Shown piece by piece: positions 55,896-64,000 of a stretch of 64,000 nt of DNA. The stretch is from the IMG/VR virus record IMGVR_UViG_3300026549_000004, positions 5,916 to 69,915 of that record; one strand, 5' to 3'. The DNA is from a virus (lineage: Duplodnaviria > Caudoviricetes). Under the pieces are notes generated by a model that saw nothing but the letters and a program-made list of their open reading frames with translations, did no database searches and was not told the origin of the DNA. The stretch's first letter is position 1. Each line of letters opens with the position of its first letter. The position numbers were made by a program, and so were the translations under genes.

Positions 55896-56412
55896 TCCGC
55901 AACTTGATGACAGAAGCGGTATCTATTTTCTTACAAGAGTAGATCCTGAAACTCAGATTAAATATTCGTATGTGGGGCAAGCTAGGCACATAAAACAGAG
56001 GATGTTGGGGCATATGAGAGGTTTCCAGCACATCGATTTGTCATTGAAGGCTCACGGGTTGTATTCGGATGAAAATCCTGGTGGATGGAAAATCGGTTTC
56101 AAATATTTTCCTGTATGGCAACTTGATGAGATGGAACGAAAATACATCATCATGTATGCAAAAAGCGGATATCAAAGCCGGAATAAGGACACAGGCGGTG
56201 GTAAGGGCAAGTCTGAGTTAGGTGAACGCAAGCAGCCAAAAACCTACACACAAGGCAAAGTCGAGGGTAAAAAACAACTCGCAAGAAGCCTGAAGGGAAT
56301 CATCGACAAACACTTAGAAGTGAATCTGAAGCCTGAGAAAAAGAATAATAAAGTCTCTCAGAAGCAGGAAGAGAAGTTCTGGGAGATGTTGGATGAAAGG
56401 AGTTACGAATAA
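55822..56412 (+). CDS. GIY-YIG-like nuclease
   Basis: SGIYFLTR...YVGQARHIKQRM...E...N. Confidence 0.75.
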   Translation: MQKSKNIARIKAIDQKNLKRLLAVNPQLDDRSGIYFLTRVDPETQIKYSYVGQARHIKQRMLGHMRGFQHIDLSLKAHGLYSDENPGGWKIGFKYFPVWQLDEMERKYIIMYAKSGYQSRNKDTGGGKGKSELGERKQPKTYTQGKVEGKKQLARSLKGIIDKHLEVNLKPEKKNNKVSQKQEEKFWEMLDERSYE

Positions 56413-56597
56413 TGCCTGATTTCGATGTTTGGTTGGAAGGATATGCTGCGACAGGTGAATATTGGCCTGACAGATATCTTGGAAATTATTCTGCCAGAAC
56501 CTTCAAAAGTGCCTGTGTGAAAGCATTACATGATAATTGGTTTTTGGAAGAGGATATAAAGAAGTATTACAACAGACAGAAAAACACCTTTTGGTGA
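56412..56597 (+). CDS. Hypothetical protein
   Basis: Coupled start (TAATG). Confidence 0.55.
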   Translation: MPDFDVWLEGYAATGEYWPDRYLGNYSARTFKSACVKALHDNWFLEEDIKKYYNRQKNTFW

Positions 56598-56646
56598 TGC
56601 AGATTTTTTGATCATAATCCCCATAATTTTTAGGGAGGAGCTACGA

Positions 56647-56973
56647 ATGACTTATGTACCAAGTGTAACAGAAAACACGATTGAATGGATCAAAAACGAA
56701 GACAGAGCAACAGTAACCTTTTGTCAGCCGAGATTTATCACCAGGATTCGGAAACTGGCAGAAAAGTATCCTGATGAATGCCGGATTACCCATGAGAACA
56801 AAGACGGTTCTATCGTGGCTCACATTCCTGTGAAGTGGATCAAGATCAGCAAGGTTGAAAGGCATCTGTCGGAAGAGCAGATCGAACTTGCCCGTGAAAG
56901 AATTAAAATCGCACAGGAACACAAACGAAATGCTCTTAAATCGGCTTTGAGTGATTTAGGCAAGGAAGTGTAA
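56647..56973 (+). CDS. Hypothetical protein
   Basis: RBS GGAGGAG; ENTIEW...IVAHIPVKWIKI. Confidence 0.7.
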   Translation: MTYVPSVTENTIEWIKNEDRATVTFCQPRFITRIRKLAEKYPDECRITHENKDGSIVAHIPVKWIKISKVERHLSEEQIELARERIKIAQEHKRNALKSALSDLGKEV

Positions 56974-56998
56974 GGGCAAGGGCTTAAAAGCCGAAATT
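56938..56998. repeat. Second copy of the ~61-bp imperfect palindrome (opposite orientation)
   Basis: TCGGCTTT...AAAGCCGA; reverse complement aligns ungapped to 41150-41210. Confidence 0.65.
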
Positions 56999-57163
56999 GA
57001 GTTAATAGCGATGTTACGGTGACCATTATTAATAGGTAGAAAGAGGTTTAGATGAGTGCAGGAATCTTAGGATTTATTATCGGCTTCATGATTGGTGGCA
57101 TGTTCGGAGTGATGATGCTGGCATTGTTGATGGCTTCAAGAGATGACGATGAAAGGAGATTAC

Positions 57164-57376
57164 ATGAAGAAAACTCACGCAAAACAGATTCTGGATTACA
57201 TGAAAGAACATGGATCAATCACAAGCCTTGATGCGATTCGGTGTTTCGGATGCACAAGGCTATCCGGTCGGATCTATGACCTGAAGAAAGCCGGATACAA
57301 TATCGAGAAAACTATGCAGACCGTTCCAACCAGGGGCGGTTCTGCAAGGGTAGCGGTTTACACGTTGGGAGAGTAG
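57164..57376 (+). CDS. Winged-helix DNA-binding protein
   Basis: ILDYMKEHGSITSLDA...RLSGRIYDLK. Confidence 0.75.
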   Translation: MKKTHAKQILDYMKEHGSITSLDAIRCFGCTRLSGRIYDLKKAGYNIEKTMQTVPTRGGSARVAVYTLGE

Positions 57377-57383
57377 AGATGAT

Positions 57384-58103
57384 ATGAGAGTTCAATCACA
57401 TAATTACAACAACGTCCAAGGATGGATGGTAACTGAATTAAAACTGTTTGGTGGCGAGTTGTTAATTTACTCCGCTATTTATGGATTCACCCAGGAACAG
57501 AACCAGTGGTACACGGGGGCAAGACAATATCTTGCAGATTGGACAGGATGCACAAAGCAAACCGTCACAAAATATTTGAAAAGTCTTGTGGAAAAAGGAT
57601 TGATAATTAGAAGGGAAAGGGCAGAGAACGGGGTAATATTTGTAGACTACAGGGCGAATATTTCACCTACGGTAGCTGAAAAAATCACCGGGGTAGGTGA
57701 AAATTTCACCTACGGTAGTAAAAATAATCATCTGGGGGTAGGTGAAAATTTCAACCCAATAAATAATAGTAATTCTAATAATACTAAAACATCTAATAAA
57801 AATAATATATGTAAGCACCGATACGGTGAATACAACAATGTTTTATTGACCGATGAGGAATACCATAAGTTGCAAAAAGAAGTTCCTGATTATGAAGAAT
57901 GGATTCAGAAATGTTCTGAATATGTGGCAAGCACAGGTAAATCTTACAAAAGCCACTATGCAACGATAAGAAAGTGGATCAGGAAAGAACAGAAAGAGCA
58001 AATGAAACCATCAAAGAGAAGTCAGGAATTTACCTCTGAATTGGCACAAATAGCATCTTGGGCAGAAAGGAGCGAAGGGCATGACCAGACAGGAATTTGG
58101 TAA
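57384..58103 (+). CDS. Replication initiator (N-terminal wHTH)
   Basis: ARQYLADWTGCTKQTV; internal iterons; KSYKSHYATIRKW. Confidence 0.8.
   Translation: MRVQSHNYNNVQGWMVTELKLFGGELLIYSAIYGFTQEQNQWYTGARQYLADWTGCTKQTVTKYLKSLVEKGLIIRRERAENGVIFVDYRANISPTVAEKITGVGENFTYGSKNNHLGVGENFNPINNSNSNNTKTSNKNNICKHRYGEYNNVLLTDEEYHKLQKEVPDYEEWIQKCSEYVASTGKSYKSHYATIRKWIRKEQKEQMKPSKRSQEFTSELAQIASWAERSEGHDQTGIW
57660..57760. repeat. Putative replication origin iterons inside the initiator gene
   Basis: GTAGGTGAAA-A-TTTCACCTAC palindrome (57693-57713), repeated half-sites at 57661 and 57735, then an AT-rich tract. Confidence 0.75.
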
Positions 58104-58713
58104 GATTGCGATGGCAATCAGGACATACTATCCGAGAGAAAGAATCCTTCCCGATGATTACGCTGTTGAATTATGGTATGACGCATTGAAGGATCTCGAT
58201 TATCAGACGGCTCGTTTTGCGATTAAGAAATGGGCAGAAACAAACAAATGGTCACCATCCATTTCAGATGTTCGAGGAATGTGTGCAACATTGATTCGTG
58301 GTGAATTTAACACATGGGAAGAAGAATGGCAAAAGGTTTGCAATGCAATCAGGTACTACGGATATATGCGTGAAACAGAAGCCTTGAACAGCCTGACGGG
58401 TATTACAAAAACAATTGTTGCTCGTCTTGGTTATCAGAATCTATGTTCGTCAGAGAATCCTGCTGTGGATCGTGCGAACTTCCGGGACATCTATAACAAT
58501 CTTGCCAACAAGCAGAAAGAAAGAGAACAGATGTCTGCACCGATCCGAACCGTACTGGACACGGCTACGGAAAAGAGATATGCGATCCAGAAGCAGGAAA
58601 CCAAGGCAATCAGCAATAAGGTCGAAGAAAAAATCAACGAGGATTATGTTGAACTGAGCGATGCCGTACAGGAAGGCCTGCGAAAGCTGAGAGAAGGATT
58701 GAGAAGTGAATAA
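58081..58713 (+). CDS. Helicase loader/inhibitor (G39P-like)
   Basis: ELWYDALKDLDY...KWSPSISDVR; follows the initiator. Confidence 0.7.
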   Translation: MTRQEFGKIAMAIRTYYPRERILPDDYAVELWYDALKDLDYQTARFAIKKWAETNKWSPSISDVRGMCATLIRGEFNTWEEEWQKVCNAIRYYGYMRETEALNSLTGITKTIVARLGYQNLCSSENPAVDRANFRDIYNNLANKQKEREQMSAPIRTVLDTATEKRYAIQKQETKAISNKVEEKINEDYVELSDAVQEGLRKLREGLRSE

Positions 58714-58903
58714 AGTCGTAGAACTTGTATTGGCAATTGTCCTGCTGATCATTGGATGGAAACTTGAAAAGTTAGCAAAGGAGATGGATGAGGATGAAGA
58801 AGAACAGCACATGGGTTAACAGTACGTTTATGGTGGAATGGGATTATGTCTGCCGGTTGCTCCGGGAAATCATGACACATGACATTCCCCTGGTTCCGGT
58901 CGA

Positions 58904-59167
58904 GTGATGCCTATGGAAGAGATTTTAGAGGTTGACATCAGATCGCCAAGGTTTGAGCGATTGATGATGGGAAAAGACGATGAAGAACTAAAGGATATAG
59001 CCGAATTGATCAAGAATGTTGACATTGAAAGGTTTAATGCTATTCACAAGGAACTTGCGTCAAGGTATAACAAAAAACTTACCATGACCGATGACTTTGT
59101 AAGTGATTGGGAGCAGACAACAAGAGAGCTGCGGAAGAAGCTGATGGGGAGATGGGTATGGATTTAA
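58904..59167 (+). CDS. Hypothetical protein
   Basis: ORF track. Confidence 0.5.
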   Translation: MMPMEEILEVDIRSPRFERLMMGKDDEELKDIAELIKNVDIERFNAIHKELASRYNKKLTMTDDFVSDWEQTTRELRKKLMGRWVWI

Positions 59168-59442
59168 CTGAAAAAGAGCAGGAAGTGTATGATGCCATTG
59201 TTGATTACATGATGCATTACGGCTTTGCTCCATCCGTAAGGGATATATGTGATATGACAGGGTTAAAGTCAACATCAAGTGTGCATCACTACATGATGGG
59301 ATTGAACGCAAAGAAAATGATCAAGACGTATGGTTCACCAAGAGCCATAAAGCTGATTGGATACAAGTTAGTGAAGGAGACAAAAGATGCAAGATGTACC
59401 ACAGGTGGGAGAAATCTTAAAAGTAATAGCAGGTATGCCTGA
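59158..59442 (+). CDS. LexA-type N-terminal DNA-binding domain protein (no peptidase domain)
   Basis: LTEKEQEVYDAI...APSVRDICDMTGLKSTSSVH...SPRAIKL. Confidence 0.8.
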   Translation: MDLTEKEQEVYDAIVDYMMHYGFAPSVRDICDMTGLKSTSSVHHYMMGLNAKKMIKTYGSPRAIKLIGYKLVKETKDARCTTGGRNLKSNSRYA

Positions 59443-59617
59443 GAGACAGAATTCCAAACTCCTTGAAGCCGGTGACGTGGTTGAAGTGATTGGAAACTAT
59501 GAACACATTTTTATGGTCAGGAAACTGAAAAAGGGTAAAGACGGATATCAGATGCGACAGTGCTATCCCAACAACAGTTGGAAGATCAATCTTGAAAGAT
59601 TGGGGGGCAAACAATGA
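59387..59617 (+). CDS. Hypothetical protein
   Basis: RBS AAGGAG; coupled to the next ORF. Confidence 0.55.
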   Translation: MQDVPQVGEILKVIAGMPERQNSKLLEAGDVVEVIGNYEHIFMVRKLKKGKDGYQMRQCYPNNSWKINLERLGGKQ

Positions 59618-60015
59618 GCAAAGACTATGTAAAAGCAATGCACAACATTTTCGACAAAGATTACAAGGACGAGGTGAGCAGGGAAGAACATTGCCAGTAC
59701 AAGGGAAAGGGTGATGAATACTGTCTTTGCACCACGCAAAAATCTTGTCGTGGATGCAGGTTCTTTACACCGACAACACAATCACAGTTAAAGATTGTGG
59801 TTGAAAAAACAGAGCAACTTAAGAAGAAGATTAAAAGCCGTGATATGACGATTGCAAAATTCCAGGAAGAGATTTCACGTCTGAAGAGCATTGTTGACCA
59901 GAAGGAAGACAGGATCGGTGAATTGGTTGGAAAATTAGCGGATGTTGCGGAAGAACTGATTGAGTACAAGGAGAAGGTGTATGAGTTACAAGGTAAGCCT
60001 GACAACAAAGATTGA
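59614..60015 (+). CDS. Cys-cluster plus coiled-coil protein
   Basis: C..Y...CLC...CRGCRFF then heptads. Confidence 0.65.
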   Translation: MSKDYVKAMHNIFDKDYKDEVSREEHCQYKGKGDEYCLCTTQKSCRGCRFFTPTTQSQLKIVVEKTEQLKKKIKSRDMTIAKFQEEISRLKSIVDQKEDRIGELVGKLADVAEELIEYKEKVYELQGKPDNKD

Positions 60016-60715
60016 TCCGAAAAAGCTAAAGCAAGGATCGGGCATTATTGTTTTGGAATCGGATGACTATAAGGATTCTCAGATCAAGGCCATAAAAAAC
60101 AAGGGCTATAAGGTTCTTGCGTACCTGTCAATCGGAACGATAGAGAAAGAGCGGTCATGGTACAAGGAATTTGAGAAGTATAGGTGTAAGCGTCTGGAAG
60201 ATTGGCCCAAAGAATACTATATGAACATGCAGAAAACTGTATGGCAGAAATTCCTTGTCAGCCGTGCCACAGCACTGAAGAAACGTGGCTTTGATGGTTG
60301 GTGGTGCGACAATCTGGATGTTTACAGTGAGTACAAGAGCGGAAAGGAATTTACGGCCTGTTACGGTTTGCTCCAGAAGATCAAGAAGATCGGTGGCTAT
60401 GTCATGGTCAACGGTGGATCAGAGTTTCTTGACGATGCCATAGACCGTCAGGCTGAACTGAAGTATATCCTAAATGGCTACACGCAGGAAGAGGTTTTCA
60501 GCAGGATCACCGATTATGACGGCAAGGGTAAGTTCGGAAAGCAGAAATCGGCAGACAGGAAATTCTATCAGGGACTAATCAAGAAGTTGGAGAAAAAAGG
60601 AATCAACTGTTATTGCCTTGAGTACACAAGGGACAAGGCTCTGAAGGAATCTATCAAGAAATGGTGCAAGGAGCAAAAGGTAGGCTACTGCATCAGTGAG
60701 GATGTGAATTTGTGA
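59981..60715 (+). CDS. GH114-like (endo-alpha-1,4-polygalactosaminidase) TIM-barrel glycoside hydrolase
   Basis: KVLAYLSIGTIE...DW..EY...GFDGWWCDNLDVY...MVNGG...EEVF. Confidence 0.75.
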   Translation: MSYKVSLTTKIDPKKLKQGSGIIVLESDDYKDSQIKAIKNKGYKVLAYLSIGTIEKERSWYKEFEKYRCKRLEDWPKEYYMNMQKTVWQKFLVSRATALKKRGFDGWWCDNLDVYSEYKSGKEFTACYGLLQKIKKIGGYVMVNGGSEFLDDAIDRQAELKYILNGYTQEEVFSRITDYDGKGKFGKQKSADRKFYQGLIKKLEKKGINCYCLEYTRDKALKESIKKWCKEQKVGYCISEDVNL

Positions 60716-61338
60716 GCAGATACAATTCCGAGAAAAAGAAGGAAAGACGGGAGAAGGGACTGTGTACTATCTGCGGAAAGCCTGTGGATGACCAAAACTA
60801 CGTGATGTGTTCCAAATGCCGTGAAGAGCAGAGGGAAGATTGGCGATACTACCAGAGCATGGGTGTATGCCCGAAGTGCAGAAAAAATCCGCTGATTGGC
60901 GATGAAAAAATGTGCTTGGACTGCCGGACTAAAAAAATTGAGTACAACAAGGCTCACAGCATCAAGAGGACAAAAGAAGATCGCAGAAGGTATGACCAAA
61001 ACCTAAAAGCCAAGAGGATCAGCCTTGGCCTTTGTCCGAGATGCGGAAAGAGAGAACCTGCGGAAGGGAGAACAAAATGCTCTTACTGTTTACGGAGAGA
61101 CACATTGAGGCATCGGAAAGGAACAGACATCAGGAGAGAGCGTGAAGAACGTGGGTTGTGCAGATGGTGCGGAAAAGAAGTCTTGCCAAAAAAGAAGTAT
61201 TGTAAAGAGTGCTACGAAAGGCTGTGTAATCAGCTTGAAGATGCAAGAAACAAGCGAACAAATGATGTTTTCAGAAAGCTGAACAGAATCCACTTTGAAA
61301 GGAGAGAACATGAACCACGGATTAAAGCTACATCCTGA
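60712..61338 (+). CDS. Protein with repeated GxCxxCG Zn-finger units
   Basis: Four GLC/GVC..C units each followed by C..C. Confidence 0.75.
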   Translation: MSRYNSEKKKERREKGLCTICGKPVDDQNYVMCSKCREEQREDWRYYQSMGVCPKCRKNPLIGDEKMCLDCRTKKIEYNKAHSIKRTKEDRRRYDQNLKAKRISLGLCPRCGKREPAEGRTKCSYCLRRDTLRHRKGTDIRREREERGLCRWCGKEVLPKKKYCKECYERLCNQLEDARNKRTNDVFRKLNRIHFERREHEPRIKATS

Positions 61339-61678
61339 CGGCACGCTGGAGATCACGATGCCGAAAGGAAAGAAGGTGACAAGAGTGCTTGTGTGTGAAT
61401 CGGGAACGCAGAACGGTGTATTAATGTATCCAGATGCAATGGCTTATGATGAATTTATTAAAACAATGGACTTTGCTATAGAAGCCACCACTGGAAATGA
61501 TGCATATAGCATAGGAATGAGAAATGGAATTAGATATGCCAAATCCGTTGTCGATAATGTTGATCCAGAGTATGAAAGCGTGAATGAAGAAAAAAGAATG
61601 AGTGATGTTATTTACAGACAGGATGCCATTGATGCAGTAGCAGAAAGGAGAGGTGATCAGGATGAACGATCTGATTAA
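61310..61678 (+). CDS. Hypothetical (mosaic) protein
   Basis: RBS AAGGAG; ends in an SDVIYRQDAIDA module. Confidence 0.55.
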   Translation: MNHGLKLHPDGTLEITMPKGKKVTRVLVCESGTQNGVLMYPDAMAYDEFIKTMDFAIEATTGNDAYSIGMRNGIRYAKSVVDNVDPEYESVNEEKRMSDVIYRQDAIDAVAERRGDQDERSD

Positions 61679-61916
61679 CAGACAGGATTTTCTTCGTGCT
61701 TTTGAAGAAATGTGTTCATGCACGGATTATGGATGGGATGAAAGAGATTTTCGTAGTTTGATAAAAAGATTTCCATCCGCAGAACCAGAAATAAAGCCAA
61801 TATCCTACGCAGACTGTTCAAATGCTATGCTTAAGATGTGGATAGACAATGTTCTTACTGACGGTGAGTATAACAAGATTATGGATAAGCTAAATGCAAA
61901 ACATAGAGGTGAATAA
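61662..61916 (+). CDS. DLIxRQ-module hypothetical protein
   Basis: MNDLINRQ...FPSAEPE. Confidence 0.65.
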   Translation: MNDLINRQDFLRAFEEMCSCTDYGWDERDFRSLIKRFPSAEPEIKPISYADCSNAMLKMWIDNVLTDGEYNKIMDKLNAKHRGE

Positions 61917-61918
61917 GA

Positions 61919-62293
61919 ATGAAAACATTGGAGTACGTTATTAATCATTACGAAGAATTTGAGGAAGATACTTTTCTGGATAGAAGATGGACAAAAAGAT
62001 TTTTGGACTTTCTGCCATATGAGGAATGGGGGAAATATGGTTTCGAAATTAAAGAAGGTGTAACCCACACACCTATTGAATGGACAGAGGAGAACATACT
62101 GAAACAACTCAAAAGAGATGTGGAGTTTGGAAAAGAAAAAGCGGAAGGTGAGCGGGGAATCTCGTCAGAACTAATGGCAATGGTTGTCAATGCTTGGTGT
62201 AAGGTTTTGGAGAACGGTCTTAATCTTGATGGAGATGACGGATGGTATCATCACAGGCAGTTCGATATAGTAGCTGAACATTACGGATGGTAG
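61919..62293 (+). CDS. Hypothetical protein
   Basis: RBS GAGGTG; ERGISSELM motif. Confidence 0.7.
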   Translation: MKTLEYVINHYEEFEEDTFLDRRWTKRFLDFLPYEEWGKYGFEIKEGVTHTPIEWTEENILKQLKRDVEFGKEKAEGERGISSELMAMVVNAWCKVLENGLNLDGDDGWYHHRQFDIVAEHYGW

Positions 62294-62306
62294 AGAGGTA
62301 AAAAAG

Positions 62307-62525
62307 ATGAGTGATTTTAGGTTTCCTATTGATTGTCCGTTAGACTGCAAGTATCACAAAGCATGGGACTTGTCTGTTGATGACTGGACTCATGTTTGCA
62401 CAAAGCTAAACATACAGATTGATGAATATGATTGTGGATTCACTGGATTATTACCGATGTGTCCAATAGAGAGAGAACCGATGAGGCTGATTGATGCGGA
62501 TATCCGAGGTGAACAGGATGAATGA
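62307..62525 (+). CDS. Small Cys-rich protein
   Basis: CPLDCKYH...C...C...CP. Confidence 0.6.
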   Translation: MSDFRFPIDCPLDCKYHKAWDLSVDDWTHVCTKLNIQIDEYDCGFTGLLPMCPIEREPMRLIDADIRGEQDE

Positions 62526-62859
62526 TTTAATCAGCAGACAGGCGGCGATTGATGAAATCAACGAACGGCAGAGAAAGTTGATTTATTGTTTTGGCTTTGA
62601 GAATGATATGGTCAAAATAATGGATATTGCAAAAAGCATTATAATCGCCATTCCATCCACACAGCAAGAACGTCCGAAGGGCGAGTGGATAGACCTTGAT
62701 TCTGACAATGAAAAACATGATGACATTATGTGTTCTAATTGAAACCAGAGCTTTACGGTGGATGCGTACAGATGGTGCGATATAGGGTTTACGGTAGATG
62801 ATATGAAGTTCTGTCCGAACTGCGGAGCGGATATGAGAGGTAATTCAGATGACGTATAG
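62518..62859 (+). pseudogene. DLISRQ-module / Zn-ribbon protein with TGA at a CxxC cysteine
   Basis: CSN*NQ...FCPNCGADM; TGA at 62740-62742, frame continues to TAG at 62857. Confidence 0.7.
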
Positions 62860-63031
62860 CGAAATATTAGATAAATTTAAAGACAGTTTTCCTTTTGTTA
62901 ATGTTGAAGACTATAGACCTGTTTGTCATGAATTATTTGAGAACGGAAAAGAAGGTTGTACGATTTGGCTCGATAATGGGGACATGGTTGTCTACTATCC
63001 CAATCAAGAGAGAGGTGATTTAGATGATTGA
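62849..63031 (+). CDS. Hypothetical protein
   Basis: ORF track; coupled overlaps. Confidence 0.55.
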   Translation: MTYSEILDKFKDSFPFVNVEDYRPVCHELFENGKEGCTIWLDNGDMVVYYPNQERGDLDD

Positions 63032-63272
63032 CATGATTAGCAGGCAGGATGCGATTGATTCGCCAGTAAAAATGGTTAGTGAAGGACTTGAATGGATACC
63101 TGTTTATCACATCAAAGAGTTGCCATCCGCACAGCCAGAGCGGAAGAAGGGGAAGTGGATAGATGACAAATGCTCTGCTTGTGGATACAAATGCTCTGCT
63201 TGTGGATATAGGGTGGAACCATGGAACAATACACCATACTGTCCAAACTGTGGGGCAAAAATGGAGAGGTAA
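63024..63272 (+). CDS. DLISRQ-module / Zn-ribbon protein with a 21-bp tandem duplication
   Basis: LPSAQPERKKGKW; KCSACGY twice (63166-63207); YCPNCGAKM. Confidence 0.7.
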   Translation: MIDMISRQDAIDSPVKMVSEGLEWIPVYHIKELPSAQPERKKGKWIDDKCSACGYKCSACGYRVEPWNNTPYCPNCGAKMER

Positions 63273-63285
63273 AGAGGTGAATAAT

Positions 63286-63723
63286 ATGGTTAAAGTAAAA
63301 GCTCCATTATCATCATTAGAAGCCTGTACCATAGACGGCATAAAAGATATTCAAGCAAACAATATCAAGTTTCATAATATTGCTTTTGACTGCTGGACAA
63401 TCGAAGATTGTGAAGGGCGGGTCTTTATGCGAAAAAAGACGGGGAAGTGGATACTAAAAAAAGAATTAGTGCCATTACCGTGGGATTCTGGCCCTTTAAA
63501 CTGGGATAACTATGATGAAAAAACACATTCAGAATGGAAAGAATATTATCATTGTTCTAATTGTGATTGGAAATCTGGAGAATTTAAAGGTGGTAATTTC
63601 TGCTCTAACTGCGGAAGTTATAACGGAGGTGAACAGGATGACGAAAGCAGAAGCAATAGCAATGCTCAAACGGATACAAGAGCCAGAGGCATTGGAGCCA
63701 CAGATAAATCAAGCGGCATTTGA
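63286..63723 (+). CDS. Mosaic Zn-ribbon protein
   Basis: RBS GAGGTG; KKTGKWI...CSNC...FCSNCG. Confidence 0.55.
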   Translation: MVKVKAPLSSLEACTIDGIKDIQANNIKFHNIAFDCWTIEDCEGRVFMRKKTGKWILKKELVPLPWDSGPLNWDNYDEKTHSEWKEYYHCSNCDWKSGEFKGGNFCSNCGSYNGGEQDDESRSNSNAQTDTRARGIGATDKSSGI

Positions 63724-64000
63724 AGCACTCGACATGGCAATCGAAGCACTCAGTCAGGAATCGAGTGAGGACGTTATAAGCAGGCAGGCGGCGATAGATG
63801 CGCTGCATATGCACCTTATGTACCGCATGGGTACAGATAGCAACAAAAAACGGCTTGATGATTGGATTAACGGTTTGCCATCCGCACAGCCAGAAATCAT
63901 CTACTGCGGTGAATGTAAACACATGATGCCAAACGGAAAGTGTCGACAGTTTGCGGATAGCACGATAAGACCGAGCGCAAGTGATTTTTGTAGCGCAGGA
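63638..64000 (+). CDS. DVISRQ-module protein, 3'-truncated by window edge
   Basis: MTKAEAI...ALDMAIEAL...VISRQAAID...LPSAQPEIIYCGECKH. Confidence 0.65.
   Translation, partial: MTKAEAIAMLKRIQEPEALEPQINQAAFEALDMAIEALSQESSEDVISRQAAIDALHMHLMYRMGTDSNKKRLDDWINGLPSAQPEIIYCGECKHMMPNGKCRQFADSTIRPSASDFCSAG

Noticed and set aside
51800-62742. Stop-codon reassignment (TAG=Gln or TGA=Cys/Sec) suggested by in-frame stops at 54709 and 62740
   Set aside because: Many clearly bounded genes end in TAG or TGA with coupled downstream starts, long genes have no internal stops, no suppressor tRNA is present, and the MBL break also needs a frame change.
63166-63207. 21-bp tandem duplication (KCSACGY twice)
   Set aside because: Simple in-frame slippage; recorded in features and of no further significance.
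1-64000. CRISPR array, rRNA, integrase or second DGR variable repeat
   Set aside because: No regularly spaced repeat-spacer array, rRNA or tyrosine/large serine integrase was seen, and no other gene end matched the TR by eye.

Overview
Near-complete genome of a long-tailed (siphovirus-type, SPP1-like head) phage of an anaerobic Firmicute. The host is probably Clostridia/Lachnospiraceae-like, inferred from RBS style and gene content. Order along the window: end of middle genes (dUTPase), a non-coding/AT-rich early island, candidate small terminase, tRNA/ncRNA cluster, large terminase, head, tail, DGR-diversified receptor-binding protein, second fibre, lysis, tnpB-only IS, remnant lysogeny region, Cro, recombination/replication genes, small accessory ORFs. 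Highlights: (1) the tape-measure gene is split by two tandem ORF-less group I introns flanking a 21-nt micro-exon; (2) a DGR with no visible avd gene, an atypical GxxxSP RT motif and some non-adenine TR/VR differences; (3) a ~500-650 nt ornate ncRNA and a tRNA-like element between tRNA-Tyr (unusual C1:G72) and tRNA-Gln; (4) a perfect palindrome made of two IS right ends sits where the CI repressor should be and truncates a serine resolvase, leaving orphan operators; (5) an acr/aca-like early cassette; (6) a Q/N-, Gly- and Tyr-rich six-gene cassette of unknown function interleaved with tail genes; (7) a recurrent ~61-bp imperfect palindrome. All calls come from reading the sequence and recalled motifs; no database search or folding program was run.
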